Positions 8,579 through 16,850 of a DNA stretch of 25,672 nucleotides are shown here, one piece after another. A program made the position numbers and the translations under genes. The DNA comes from a virus (taxonomy: Duplodnaviria; Caudoviricetes). Every line of letters begins with the position of its first letter. Position 1 is the first letter of the stretch. The stretch lies in IMG/VR virus record IMGVR_UViG_3300020440_000076, positions 1-25,672 of that record, one strand, 5' to 3'. Below the pieces are notes generated by a model. The model had not been told where the DNA came from. It made no database searches and saw nothing but the letters and a program-made list of their open reading frames with translations.

Positions 8579-8584
8579 TAAATA
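8579..8584 (+). promoter_or_regulatory. Late promoter box TAAATA
   Basis: CATAAATA-atagcaa-ATG(8592), no SD. Confidence 0.6.
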
Positions 8585-8591
8585 ATAGCAA

Positions 8592-9437
8592 ATGGCAATA
8601 AAAACTTTAAGAACATCGGGTGATTATCTCATTAAAACAGGCACAGGATCTGGTGGTTCTAACACCATCACTTTTGATTCCAACCTGACTGTTGTAAACG
8701 GAAATTTAGAAATCAAAGGCACACAGTCGGTAATAAATTCAACAACTTTAACAATCGAAGACAGATTTTTAGAGATAAACAGAAACAACTCTACTGCCGG
8801 CACACAAGACTCTGGACTGATGTTCAATCAAGGAACATCCAACAATGCTATCTTGTATTATGACGCAGGAGACAACGAATTCCAACTAGGTACTACCACG
8901 CATGATGCCGCAGTAACCACGGTATCAAACATTACTTTAGGACAGATTAAAATAGCAACAACACCATCTGATAACAACCATGCCGCTTCGAAAAAATATG
9001 TTGATGATTCAGTAACAGGTGGCGGATTCATCTTAAACATTGGTGCTGACGATTCAACTGAAGTCACATATAGCACAGGACAAAAATTACAATTTTTAGG
9101 CGGCTCTAACATTAGCACTGCCATCACAACAGGTGACAATTTAACAATTAGTCTAGGACAGAATTTAACAAATATAGAATCAATATCATCAGCAACATCT
9201 AATGCAAATTTAACTTTAGCATCAAATGGTACAGGTGACGTGGTAATAAATGACACTTTGACGTTCTCTGGCGCGGCATCAACACCAACGGCAGGCTCAG
9301 TAACCAAGATCTATAACAAAACAGCAGGCGGTGGAGGCACTGGCTTGTATTTCAACAACTCAGCAATCAATTCTGGCACAGAAGATGAATTGATAAGTAA
9401 AAAGAAAGCAACGGCATTGGCCATTGCATTAGGATAA
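8592..9437 (+). CDS. Virion fibre/appendage protein (281 aa)
   Basis: T/S/G/N-rich. Module GNLEIKGTQSVINSTTLTIED...DSGLMFNQG, an ASKKYVDD fibre motif and an SNANLTLASNGTGDV module are shared with the other fibre genes. Ends KKKATALAIALG. Confidence 0.7.
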   Translation: MAIKTLRTSGDYLIKTGTGSGGSNTITFDSNLTVVNGNLEIKGTQSVINSTTLTIEDRFLEINRNNSTAGTQDSGLMFNQGTSNNAILYYDAGDNEFQLGTTTHDAAVTTVSNITLGQIKIATTPSDNNHAASKKYVDDSVTGGGFILNIGADDSTEVTYSTGQKLQFLGGSNISTAITTGDNLTISLGQNLTNIESISSATSNANLTLASNGTGDVVINDTLTFSGAASTPTAGSVTKIYNKTAGGGGTGLYFNNSAINSGTEDELISKKKATALAIALG

Positions 9438-9439
9438 AA

Positions 9440-9769
9440 ATGGCAATAACACAAAGAGTATGTAACAACATTTTAACAAACACCAGCCAAGCATTTGCGG
9501 CAACTGAAGGTACCGCTGTGACGTCAATACACTTATGTAACATCTCATCTGCAGATGCTACTGTCAACATCTATGTCCTAAAAAACGATGGTTCAACAAC
9601 TGTGCCAACAGAAAATAACAAACTTTACAACACATTAACAATATCAGGCACTGATACATACGTTATCGACACTGAAAAATTAATTTTAGCAACAGGAGAT
9701 AAAATTTATATTGAAACTCCTGACTCTTCAGGTTCTGTTGTGGCTACTATTTCAACTATAGGATTGTAA
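9440..9769 (+). CDS. Small beta-sandwich virion protein (109 aa)
   Basis: Coupled to the previous gene; SIHLCN...VNIYVL...KLILATGDKIY pattern typical of small phage tail/fibre adaptor proteins. Confidence 0.65.
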   Translation: MAITQRVCNNILTNTSQAFAATEGTAVTSIHLCNISSADATVNIYVLKNDGSTTVPTENNKLYNTLTISGTDTYVIDTEKLILATGDKIYIETPDSSGSVVATISTIGL

Positions 9770-9774
9770 TAATC

Positions 9775-10182
9775 ATGGGTAGATTTGTAAAAAACCCAAT
9801 ACTAGCAGGCGAGGATTCGATACAAATTCCTGTTGGGACAACTGCTGAAAGACCAGCATCTCCAAAAAAAGGTATGTTAAGATTTAACGAAACTTTAAAT
9901 CAGTTAGAATTTCATAACGGTACTGCATTTAAAAATTTACAAGGCGGAACTGCAGGTGTTGCCGGCATCACAGTAGATACAATAACACTTGACGGATCAA
10001 CAACTGTATTTCCAATGTCAGTAACTCCAACAGATGAAAAAAATATTTTAGTGTTTATGGAAGGTGTATTTCAGAAACACAGCACGTATTCTATTTCAGG
10101 TAGCAACATAACTTTAACACCATCATATCCAGGCGACACCTCAAAAGTTGTTACAATTATTCACGGTTTAGATATAGTTTAA
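9775..10182 (+). CDS. Small modular virion protein (135 aa)
   Basis: Contains the IPVGTTAERP...GMLRFN module and the DGSTTVF...NILVFMEGVFQ module, both also found in the 14802 and 16851 proteins. Confidence 0.7.
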   Translation: MGRFVKNPILAGEDSIQIPVGTTAERPASPKKGMLRFNETLNQLEFHNGTAFKNLQGGTAGVAGITVDTITLDGSTTVFPMSVTPTDEKNILVFMEGVFQKHSTYSISGSNITLTPSYPGDTSKVVTIIHGLDIV

Positions 10183-11093
10183 GAAATATTTCCAAAGGCA
10201 CGCCAAGTACCAGGTGCACCGGATTTAATACATACCCATCCTAAAGGAACACCTACCTCAGGTTGAGAGTTCCAACAAATATCACCTTTACTATGACTGC
10301 CATTATTTGGAATTTCTGGCTCATATCTGTGCGTTTGTCCTTGATATCTTATTGGTCCTGCTACTTCTAAATCTTCCTTGGGTGCTTTAACTTTTATTCC
10401 AATCTTGTTGTCATGTGATACAAACAATGTTGGTTCTCTGTTTGTGCCAATTGAAAACTTGTCCGAAGTTATTGTGCCAATGTATGGTGTAGAACCAACC
10501 ACATCTGTTACAACTTCGAGTCCATCTTTGGCAACTGCAAAAGGTCCTCCAGGTAGGAGTGTATTCACACCGACCTTATTATTTTCTACAGTAAAAACAT
10601 CTGCAACATTTAAATTTTTCAAGATTCCAACTTCTTGTAGTTTTGATTTTTTAATTGCATTGCCTAGTCTGTCAGACCAAATCACTTCATTGCCACCAAT
10701 TCTGACACTATTTTTAACATCCATATCTTCGCATACTGCTTGGTAGTACATGATTTCAGTTGCGGCAAATTTTCCTTCAACGTGCATTGGACCATCAACA
10801 ACAATGTCTCCATCTTTGATGGTTATTTTTGCTTTAGTTGCCTCATCCTTGATGCCTGTAGAACTAAAATTTGTGATAGTACCACCGTCAATTTTGTCAC
10901 CAGATAACTCATTTTCAAATAATGCATTATTTTTTGATTTAAGTTGTTCTAGTGCTTCTGATAACTTCTTCTCAGTCCATTCTAGTCGTGTAGATAGGCT
11001 ATGATTATCACTGTTCAGTTTACTGACCGTGCGTTTCATTGCATTTTCAACGTGTTCTGTGACCAGATTTTGAATACTTTGCTCGATTGACAT
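10179..11093 (-). CDS. Fibre-like protein with N-terminal coiled coil (304 aa)
   Basis: Own TATAAATA box. Helical N-terminus, beta-repeat shaft (NNKVGVNT, DNKIGIKV) and C-terminal GDICWNSQPEVGVPLGWVCIKSGAPGTWRAFG, a motif seen at the ends of phage fibre proteins. Confidence 0.7.
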   Translation of the reverse strand: MSIEQSIQNLVTEHVENAMKRTVSKLNSDNHSLSTRLEWTEKKLSEALEQLKSKNNALFENELSGDKIDGGTITNFSSTGIKDEATKAKITIKDGDIVVDGPMHVEGKFAATEIMYYQAVCEDMDVKNSVRIGGNEVIWSDRLGNAIKKSKLQEVGILKNLNVADVFTVENNKVGVNTLLPGGPFAVAKDGLEVVTDVVGSTPYIGTITSDKFSIGTNREPTLFVSHDNKIGIKVKAPKEDLEVAGPIRYQGQTHRYEPEIPNNGSHSKGDICWNSQPEVGVPLGWVCIKSGAPGTWRAFGNIS

Positions 11094-11099
11094 TAACGA

Positions 11100-11140
11100 T
11101 ATTTATAGGTGTGTTTTGACCTTGCAATTAAAAATAAATA
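11100..11140. promoter_or_regulatory. Divergent late promoter pair
   Basis: Minus-strand TATAAATA at 11100-11107 (6 nt before ATG 11093) and plus-strand TAAATA at 11135-11140 (8 nt before ATG 11149). Confidence 0.65.
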
Positions 11141-11148
11141 TGTAAGAT

Positions 11149-14100
11149 ATGGCAATACAACGAATACCAGGCGAACTCTTACAGTCTAATCTTACCAGGC
11201 AGGGTGTAGATCTAGCCTTTGAAACAAATCTATTATTTTTAGATGTATCCAATGCTAGAATAGGTATTGGTACTGACAGTCCTGGATTCAAACTAGATGT
11301 AGTAGGAAATACTAGAATTACAGGTAATCAGACTATCACAGGTAATTTAGAAGTACAAGGAACTACTACAACAATAGACTCAAGAAATTTAACTGTAGAA
11401 GACAACGTCATTGTCTTGAATTCAGGCTCAAGTCAGGCAACATCTGCAGGAGTAATGATCAACAGAGGTGCCTCAAATCCGGCATTATTCTATTGGGATG
11501 AAGCAAACGACAAATTTAAACTAGTAACAACTGCGTCAGACGGCTCGACAACTTCAACAATCACTGATACTGCATATGCTAAACTGGCAGGCGCGGATCC
11601 AACAGATGCTAGAGACTTTGTAACAAAAAATTATTTTGATGTAAACACAGCAGGATTTGCCGGTTCTGGATCAGTAATAGGATCAAGTATTCCTATAGGT
11701 TCACCATCAGATTCAAGTTTTGGTGATGGTGCACTAATAACTTTAGGTGACGCCCATTCGGTGACTGGAGCAATAGACGATCTCAATGAAACCATGGAAA
11801 ACATCAGAGCAAACACATTTGTGAAATCAGTTTCTTTCGTGGCAGATACCACTGCGGCGTCCAGCGGAACAACGATCACTCTAACTATTTCCACAGTTGG
11901 TGGAGGAGCAAACAGATATACAATCACATGGGGTGATGGCGATACAACAACTGCAACTTCAGATTCGACACCTTCACACACATACACAGCGACAGGATCG
12001 ATGACTGTGACTGTTAAAGCATTCAACAACACTGCTGTTACAGATTCCGCTGGTTCATTTGCCACATCAACACAAACTAATTACATCACAATTTTTACTG
12101 CAACTCCGGTGCCAAACTTTTTTATATATGCGGCATCATCGGGTGGCAGTGCAATTACAAAAGCAGATACAGGATCAACTGTGTATCTTGAAAACACCTC
12201 AACAAATACAAGTGGTGCAACAGTGAACTATAGGATAGACTGGGGAGATGGTAATTCACAATCCGTAACCAGCGATAGTGATCCAGGTGGAGTAGGTGGT
12301 GGTAGGCTATCACACACATACAATAACAGTGGTGCAGACGACGGTAGTACTATTGCAGGTACCGGAACAGGTGATACTAGGTATGCAATAAGGCTTGTCT
12401 TAGAAGCACACTCTACAGCGGCCCCAAGTGATATACCAACAGGTATTACTAAGAACTTTGATGTTTATTCAACGCACACAGTTCTGTATTCAGCGGCTGA
12501 TTCAACTGTAAGAGGAGTAAATGAAGAAAGTACTTCAGGCTTTCCTGTTACCTTTACAAACAATACAGCAACTAATCCAGGCGCACAATCAGTTTTCTCA
12601 AGCAACATATACAGTTGGAACTTTGGAGAAGGCGCTGGAGCGACAAACGTTAATGTAGGATCTGGTTCGAGTGGTGATACAGGACAAACAATTTCAAATA
12701 CATTCAACCTTAGCACTGCACAACAGAATGCAAAAACAACAGTGACATATACTACAACATTGAGCCTTGCAAACGAACATACAAGTTCTCCTTTTGCGGC
12801 AGACATGAAAATTATAGTTGAACCAGACGTGAGAGCAAATATTGCCGCAACTGCTGTTACTGTTTCAAACAAAAGTGGCGACGACGCATTTGACTTATAT
12901 GATTTCACTGACCTAGCAGGAAATAACAGGGCATTAGTAAGATTCACAAATACGTCACAACACGCGGACGATTACACTTATGATTTTAAAGATGATTCAT
13001 CAGACACATTAAGCATTGGCGAAGATGGATCAACAGCAGGAACAATAGGTGCAACCTTAGATAAAAACTTTTCAGGCACTAGCAACGGAAGTTTCACAAC
13101 AAGATTTAGAGCACACGGCACACCAGACACAATTGAGCAAGACGATGAAGAAACAATAACATTTACTATGAACGCAGTGCCGGCGGCTCCTAGTAATTTA
13201 AGCACTTTTAGTTTAACGTTGAGTGATTCAGCACAAGGTACATCACCTAAATTGTGTTCAGGTTTCACTGACAACACAGGTTCTTTATCAAACATTAGTG
13301 CCGCTACATCATTAAGTTCTTCCACAGCAAGAAGATACACATCAGGAACTATTGATACTGCTGATGTTAATAATGCGTATAACGGTGCCACAGGTACCTT
13401 AACAGCGAACATTAATGGCTCTGCCGCAGGTGCCAAATCATTTTCAACATCAACTGGAGAAAACGGAACATTCACATCTCTAGTTGTGTCAGGACAGGAT
13501 GATGCAAACACTACAATCAGTTCATCAACTTATCCATCAAATTTTTATCAAACCTTTGATGCAAAAATTACACAGGCATTAACAAGTTACAGTGTAGGAT
13601 TAAATGCACAAAGATTAGAACACTCTGCAACAGGAAACACAAACGTGGTCCATGTTTTAAGAGACGATATTTCTGCAACACCAACAATCTCAAATGTAGG
13701 TACGTTGGCGCAGAATGCCTCTGGCACATTGAGATATATTGCCGGAGTGCCATACTATTCAGATGATGGTTCTCAACCAACACTGAATCTCACAGGTGTA
13801 CAAGTCCAAAATCTTACAGGACAAGCATACACCGACCAATCAAACATTGTTGAAGTCGACTATGATACTAGATCAGAAGGGTCATCTGGTAATGCCATAT
13901 CAGATACAGATTACACTTACAGTGACATAGATGGTGCTTCAACAATGTTGAGCGGTGGGACTCCAGTTACAGATACAGGTGTTGCGTCTGCATACACGTT
14001 GGGCACATTATCAATAAATGTTGATCAGACATCATCAACTAAAGCAGTTAACGAAATAAAAATTAGGGCAAGGAATGCCAACGGCACAGGAAGTTACAAC

Positions 14101-14802
14101 ACAGGTAGCAGTACAAAAATACAGGTTTACAATCCAACTCCTACAGGCCTAGACAACGAGCAAGGTGGTATCACAGTAAGCGACTCACTGGGTGCAACCC
14201 ACGATGACGATGCTTTGCGTATATACGACTTCGCAGGAGAAACAACAGATACACCATCATTTGCTGGAGGCACAAACTTCTATACAAACAACTTATTCAC
14301 AGGTGCAAAAACAGTTGCAGGTACAAGAGAAGCAGGCGTAAGATTTGGAACAATAAAACATGAAACAACAGACTATTCAACATTCTTACCTGTTGGTCCT
14401 GATAGATCTAGTGATACCAACACACAATATTTTACTATTGCATTTAGAAGGTCAACAATGGCCAACTTCAATGTAACCTTATCAGGTACAGTGTCAGGTA
14501 TGTTTATTGCGGCGCCAGGCACTGCGATAGATAATGCATCAGGATTGAACGGATGGTTAGACTGTTCAACAACATATGGAGGATCGGGAGTACCAGGATC
14601 AGACACAGGCAATGGCGGAAATGGTTCTAATGGATGTGCATTCAATTCTGGAGATAGGGTAGTCGACGGCACCTCTTATTCTTCACAAGAATTTACATTC
14701 ACGTTAGGGACTGAGAACGGAACAAATGCAACAGGAAACGTAATTTTAATAAGAATTAAATTGAATTCAGGAGACAGTGTCACGGCACTAGCAATAGATT
14801 AA
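11149..14802 (+). CDS. Large virion fibre/adhesin with PKD (Ig-like) domains (1217 aa)
   Basis: Shared N-terminal DLAFETNLL module. PKD signatures YTITWGDG...SHTY, YRIDWGDG...SHTY and YSWNFGEG; very T/S/G-rich. Confidence 0.75.
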   Translation: MAIQRIPGELLQSNLTRQGVDLAFETNLLFLDVSNARIGIGTDSPGFKLDVVGNTRITGNQTITGNLEVQGTTTTIDSRNLTVEDNVIVLNSGSSQATSAGVMINRGASNPALFYWDEANDKFKLVTTASDGSTTSTITDTAYAKLAGADPTDARDFVTKNYFDVNTAGFAGSGSVIGSSIPIGSPSDSSFGDGALITLGDAHSVTGAIDDLNETMENIRANTFVKSVSFVADTTAASSGTTITLTISTVGGGANRYTITWGDGDTTTATSDSTPSHTYTATGSMTVTVKAFNNTAVTDSAGSFATSTQTNYITIFTATPVPNFFIYAASSGGSAITKADTGSTVYLENTSTNTSGATVNYRIDWGDGNSQSVTSDSDPGGVGGGRLSHTYNNSGADDGSTIAGTGTGDTRYAIRLVLEAHSTAAPSDIPTGITKNFDVYSTHTVLYSAADSTVRGVNEESTSGFPVTFTNNTATNPGAQSVFSSNIYSWNFGEGAGATNVNVGSGSSGDTGQTISNTFNLSTAQQNAKTTVTYTTTLSLANEHTSSPFAADMKIIVEPDVRANIAATAVTVSNKSGDDAFDLYDFTDLAGNNRALVRFTNTSQHADDYTYDFKDDSSDTLSIGEDGSTAGTIGATLDKNFSGTSNGSFTTRFRAHGTPDTIEQDDEETITFTMNAVPAAPSNLSTFSLTLSDSAQGTSPKLCSGFTDNTGSLSNISAATSLSSSTARRYTSGTIDTADVNNAYNGATGTLTANINGSAAGAKSFSTSTGENGTFTSLVVSGQDDANTTISSSTYPSNFYQTFDAKITQALTSYSVGLNAQRLEHSATGNTNVVHVLRDDISATPTISNVGTLAQNASGTLRYIAGVPYYSDDGSQPTLNLTGVQVQNLTGQAYTDQSNIVEVDYDTRSEGSSGNAISDTDYTYSDIDGASTMLSGGTPVTDTGVASAYTLGTLSINVDQTSSTKAVNEIKIRARNANGTGSYNTGSSTKIQVYNPTPTGLDNEQGGITVSDSLGATHDDDALRIYDFAGETTDTPSFAGGTNFYTNNLFTGAKTVAGTREAGVRFGTIKHETTDYSTFLPVGPDRSSDTNTQYFTIAFRRSTMANFNVTLSGTVSGMFIAAPGTAIDNASGLNGWLDCSTTYGGSGVPGSDTGNGGNGSNGCAFNSGDRVVDGTSYSSQEFTFTLGTENGTNATGNVILIRIKLNSGDSVTALAID

Positions 14803-15845
14803 TGGCAATTACAGACGCAAAAAAAATAGATTATCTTTGGAAGAAAATTGGTTACGGTGCAACCAAAACAGATACCAATGCGAATAAGAAAGCACCTAAC
14901 GAAGCCATTGCATCACCTTTACTAATAAGAGGTGATAAAACTTGGAACCAAGCATCAAGTATTCCCGCAGTAATGCCAGGATCAAGTTCGGGTGTAGTAA
15001 CAGTCTATCCAACAAGTACGCCGGACGAAACAGCCGCTGACAACACAGCATCAGCAAATCGAACCTGGAAAACAGAGTTAACAGATTGGATACCACCTGA
15101 ATTTGGATCAACATATGGTGTAAAAGTTTATGTTCATACGTCGGGTGATGCCGGCAACGCCGCTGGTTCGGGAGATCAGTTATTTGGTACTGGTTCAGGA
15201 AACAACGACGAATGGTTCTTTGATTATCAATCCGGTGTCCTACATTTCATTGGAACGAATCTACCAAATGGAATAAACTTTACAGGAAAATCAGTCTACA
15301 TATCTGGAGCAAGATACACTGGACAAATAGGTTTACAAAACATTTCAGGTGGTGGTGCTGGAGACACAGGTAATTTTTCATTTTCAGGATCAACAATAAA
15401 CCAAGATACAACAAATGCAGACTTTACTCTTAACACAACAGGCACAGGTAATTTTGTATTCAATACAAACTCAGGCATAAAAGTACCAGTGGGAACTACT
15501 GCACAAAGGCCAAGTGCGACACCAGGACTTATAAGATTTAACAGTACCACAGGCAAGTATGAAGTTTCAGAAGACGGATCTACTTTTACAAGTTTAAGAA
15601 CAGAACACACATCTCAAGAAGTTAAAAAAGATGTTTTTACAGGAGATGGATCTACGAATACATTCGCGTCAATAAATGTTGCGACAGATCCAAAAAATTT
15701 AATTGTGTATATAGATGGTGTGATGCAGGAACCTACAGAAAATTATATCACAGATGGTTCAACATCTTCGATTACAATCAGTGAGGCTCCACACACAGGT
15801 GCAAGGATTGTGATAATGTCGGGATTTGCCGAAGCACAAACTTAA
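14802..15845 (+). CDS. Modular virion protein (347 aa), probable partner of the 1217-aa protein
   Basis: TAATG coupling with the upstream gene. WFFDYQSGVLHF motif plus the VPVGTTAQRP...GLIRFN and GDGST...LIVYIDGVMQEP modules. Confidence 0.7.
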   Translation: MAITDAKKIDYLWKKIGYGATKTDTNANKKAPNEAIASPLLIRGDKTWNQASSIPAVMPGSSSGVVTVYPTSTPDETAADNTASANRTWKTELTDWIPPEFGSTYGVKVYVHTSGDAGNAAGSGDQLFGTGSGNNDEWFFDYQSGVLHFIGTNLPNGINFTGKSVYISGARYTGQIGLQNISGGGAGDTGNFSFSGSTINQDTTNADFTLNTTGTGNFVFNTNSGIKVPVGTTAQRPSATPGLIRFNSTTGKYEVSEDGSTFTSLRTEHTSQEVKKDVFTGDGSTNTFASINVATDPKNLIVYIDGVMQEPTENYITDGSTSSITISEAPHTGARIVIMSGFAEAQT

Positions 15846-16213
15846 TCAACACTGATACCATCTGGTTGGTAATTCAAAATAAATTTTCTATATTCGCCGG
15901 TAAGTTTATTTACTGTACCTATTTCTGGGACAATCTCCCATTCGAACTCAGGCTGTCTAATAATAAATTCGTATAAATCTTGTCCACTTGCAAATTCAAT
16001 CCTTACTCCGTTCATATGAAATTTATCTTCTATTCTAAATTCTTTCTTTAAAATTAATTTTAAAACATTTTCAATTTTTTGTCTGAAATGATTCATTTCT
16101 TGCACTATATCAGGACGCTCTTGTAAAGTTTCTAATGACCTATTTCTTGCGACCATTGGCCATTTTAATATAACTGAATATTTGTAAAATGTTTCTGTTT
16201 TAATTTTTGCCAT
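15842..16213 (-). CDS. Hypothetical protein (123 aa)
   Basis: In-frame ATG at 16213 with GGAG about 10 nt upstream; overlaps the end of the 16200-16739 gene. No recognised motif. Confidence 0.6.
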   Translation of the reverse strand: MAKIKTETFYKYSVILKWPMVARNRSLETLQERPDIVQEMNHFRQKIENVLKLILKKEFRIEDKFHMNGVRIEFASGQDLYEFIIRQPEFEWEIVPEIGTVNKLTGEYRKFILNYQPDGISVD

Positions 16214-16739
16214 ATGTCTTAAACTCCGGATAATCAAACACTTTCACATTTTTCAAATGATCAAACAATTTAATTTTGTTAATATTAGGCTTCCTACAAA
16301 AGTAAAAATGTGTTGTTGGATGATTGGTCATCACTTTAATTAGAATCTCTCTTTCATCTAGATCTTCAATATCATATCCGCAAAGGAATATTCTGTCGGC
16401 GTCGGACCAAATTGCCAATAAAAGTGCTAGATTTTGATTGCTTAATTCTGAAAAATCTAAACCTACACTTGCAACATCACCAAATATGGGTAGATAATCC
16501 ACATTGTCAAAAAAGAAATACTTTTTATATAGGCCGGTATTTGTTAAAAGCATGGTGTCTTTGTAGTGTGAAAAGTTGATCATGTTTTGTAATTCTAATT
16601 CATTGTTGGTGACTGCATACTTAAACTTTACAGTTTTGTTACAAATGCCACTTGCAATCACATCACCCAGTTTTGCAGGAGTCTTCATGTCGTATTCTAT
16701 GGGTATATTTCCTAGGACAGTAATGTGCGTATATTTCAT
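16200..16739 (-). CDS. Divergent Maf/DUF115-like paralog of the 2412-3023 protein
   Basis: ITVLGN aligns to FVLGNG, ALLLAIWSDADRIFLCGYD to ALKYAATFNPTEIYILGFD, and HPTTHFY to SPNIQFY. Confidence 0.55.
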   Translation of the reverse strand: MKYTHITVLGNIPIEYDMKTPAKLGDVIASGICNKTVKFKYAVTNNELELQNMINFSHYKDTMLLTNTGLYKKYFFFDNVDYLPIFGDVASVGLDFSELSNQNLALLLAIWSDADRIFLCGYDIEDLDEREILIKVMTNHPTTHFYFCRKPNINKIKLFDHLKNVKVFDYPEFKTYGKN

Positions 16740-16747
16740 AACATCTG

Positions 16748-16784
16748 TATTTAAGCCGGGTAAATCTGCATGGCACGGTAAATA
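16748..16784. promoter_or_regulatory. Divergent late promoter pair
   Basis: Minus-strand TAAATA at 16748-16753 (8 nt before ATG 16739) and plus-strand TAAATA at 16779-16784. Confidence 0.6.
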
Positions 16785-16787
16785 CTG

Positions 16788-16833
16788 ACGTTAAATCATA
16801 AATTAATTTAACGTTAAATTAACTTTCGAAAGT
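16788..16833. repeat. Palindromic leader: 9-bp hairpin, overlapping 20-bp perfect palindrome and 12-bp palindrome
   Basis: ACGTTAAAT 16788-16796/ATTTAACGT 16806-16814; TTAATTTAACGTTAAATTAA 16803-16822; ACTTTCGAAAGT 16822-16833; then SD AAGGAGA. Confidence 0.75.
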
Positions 16834-16850
16834 AACAAGGAGAAACTATT

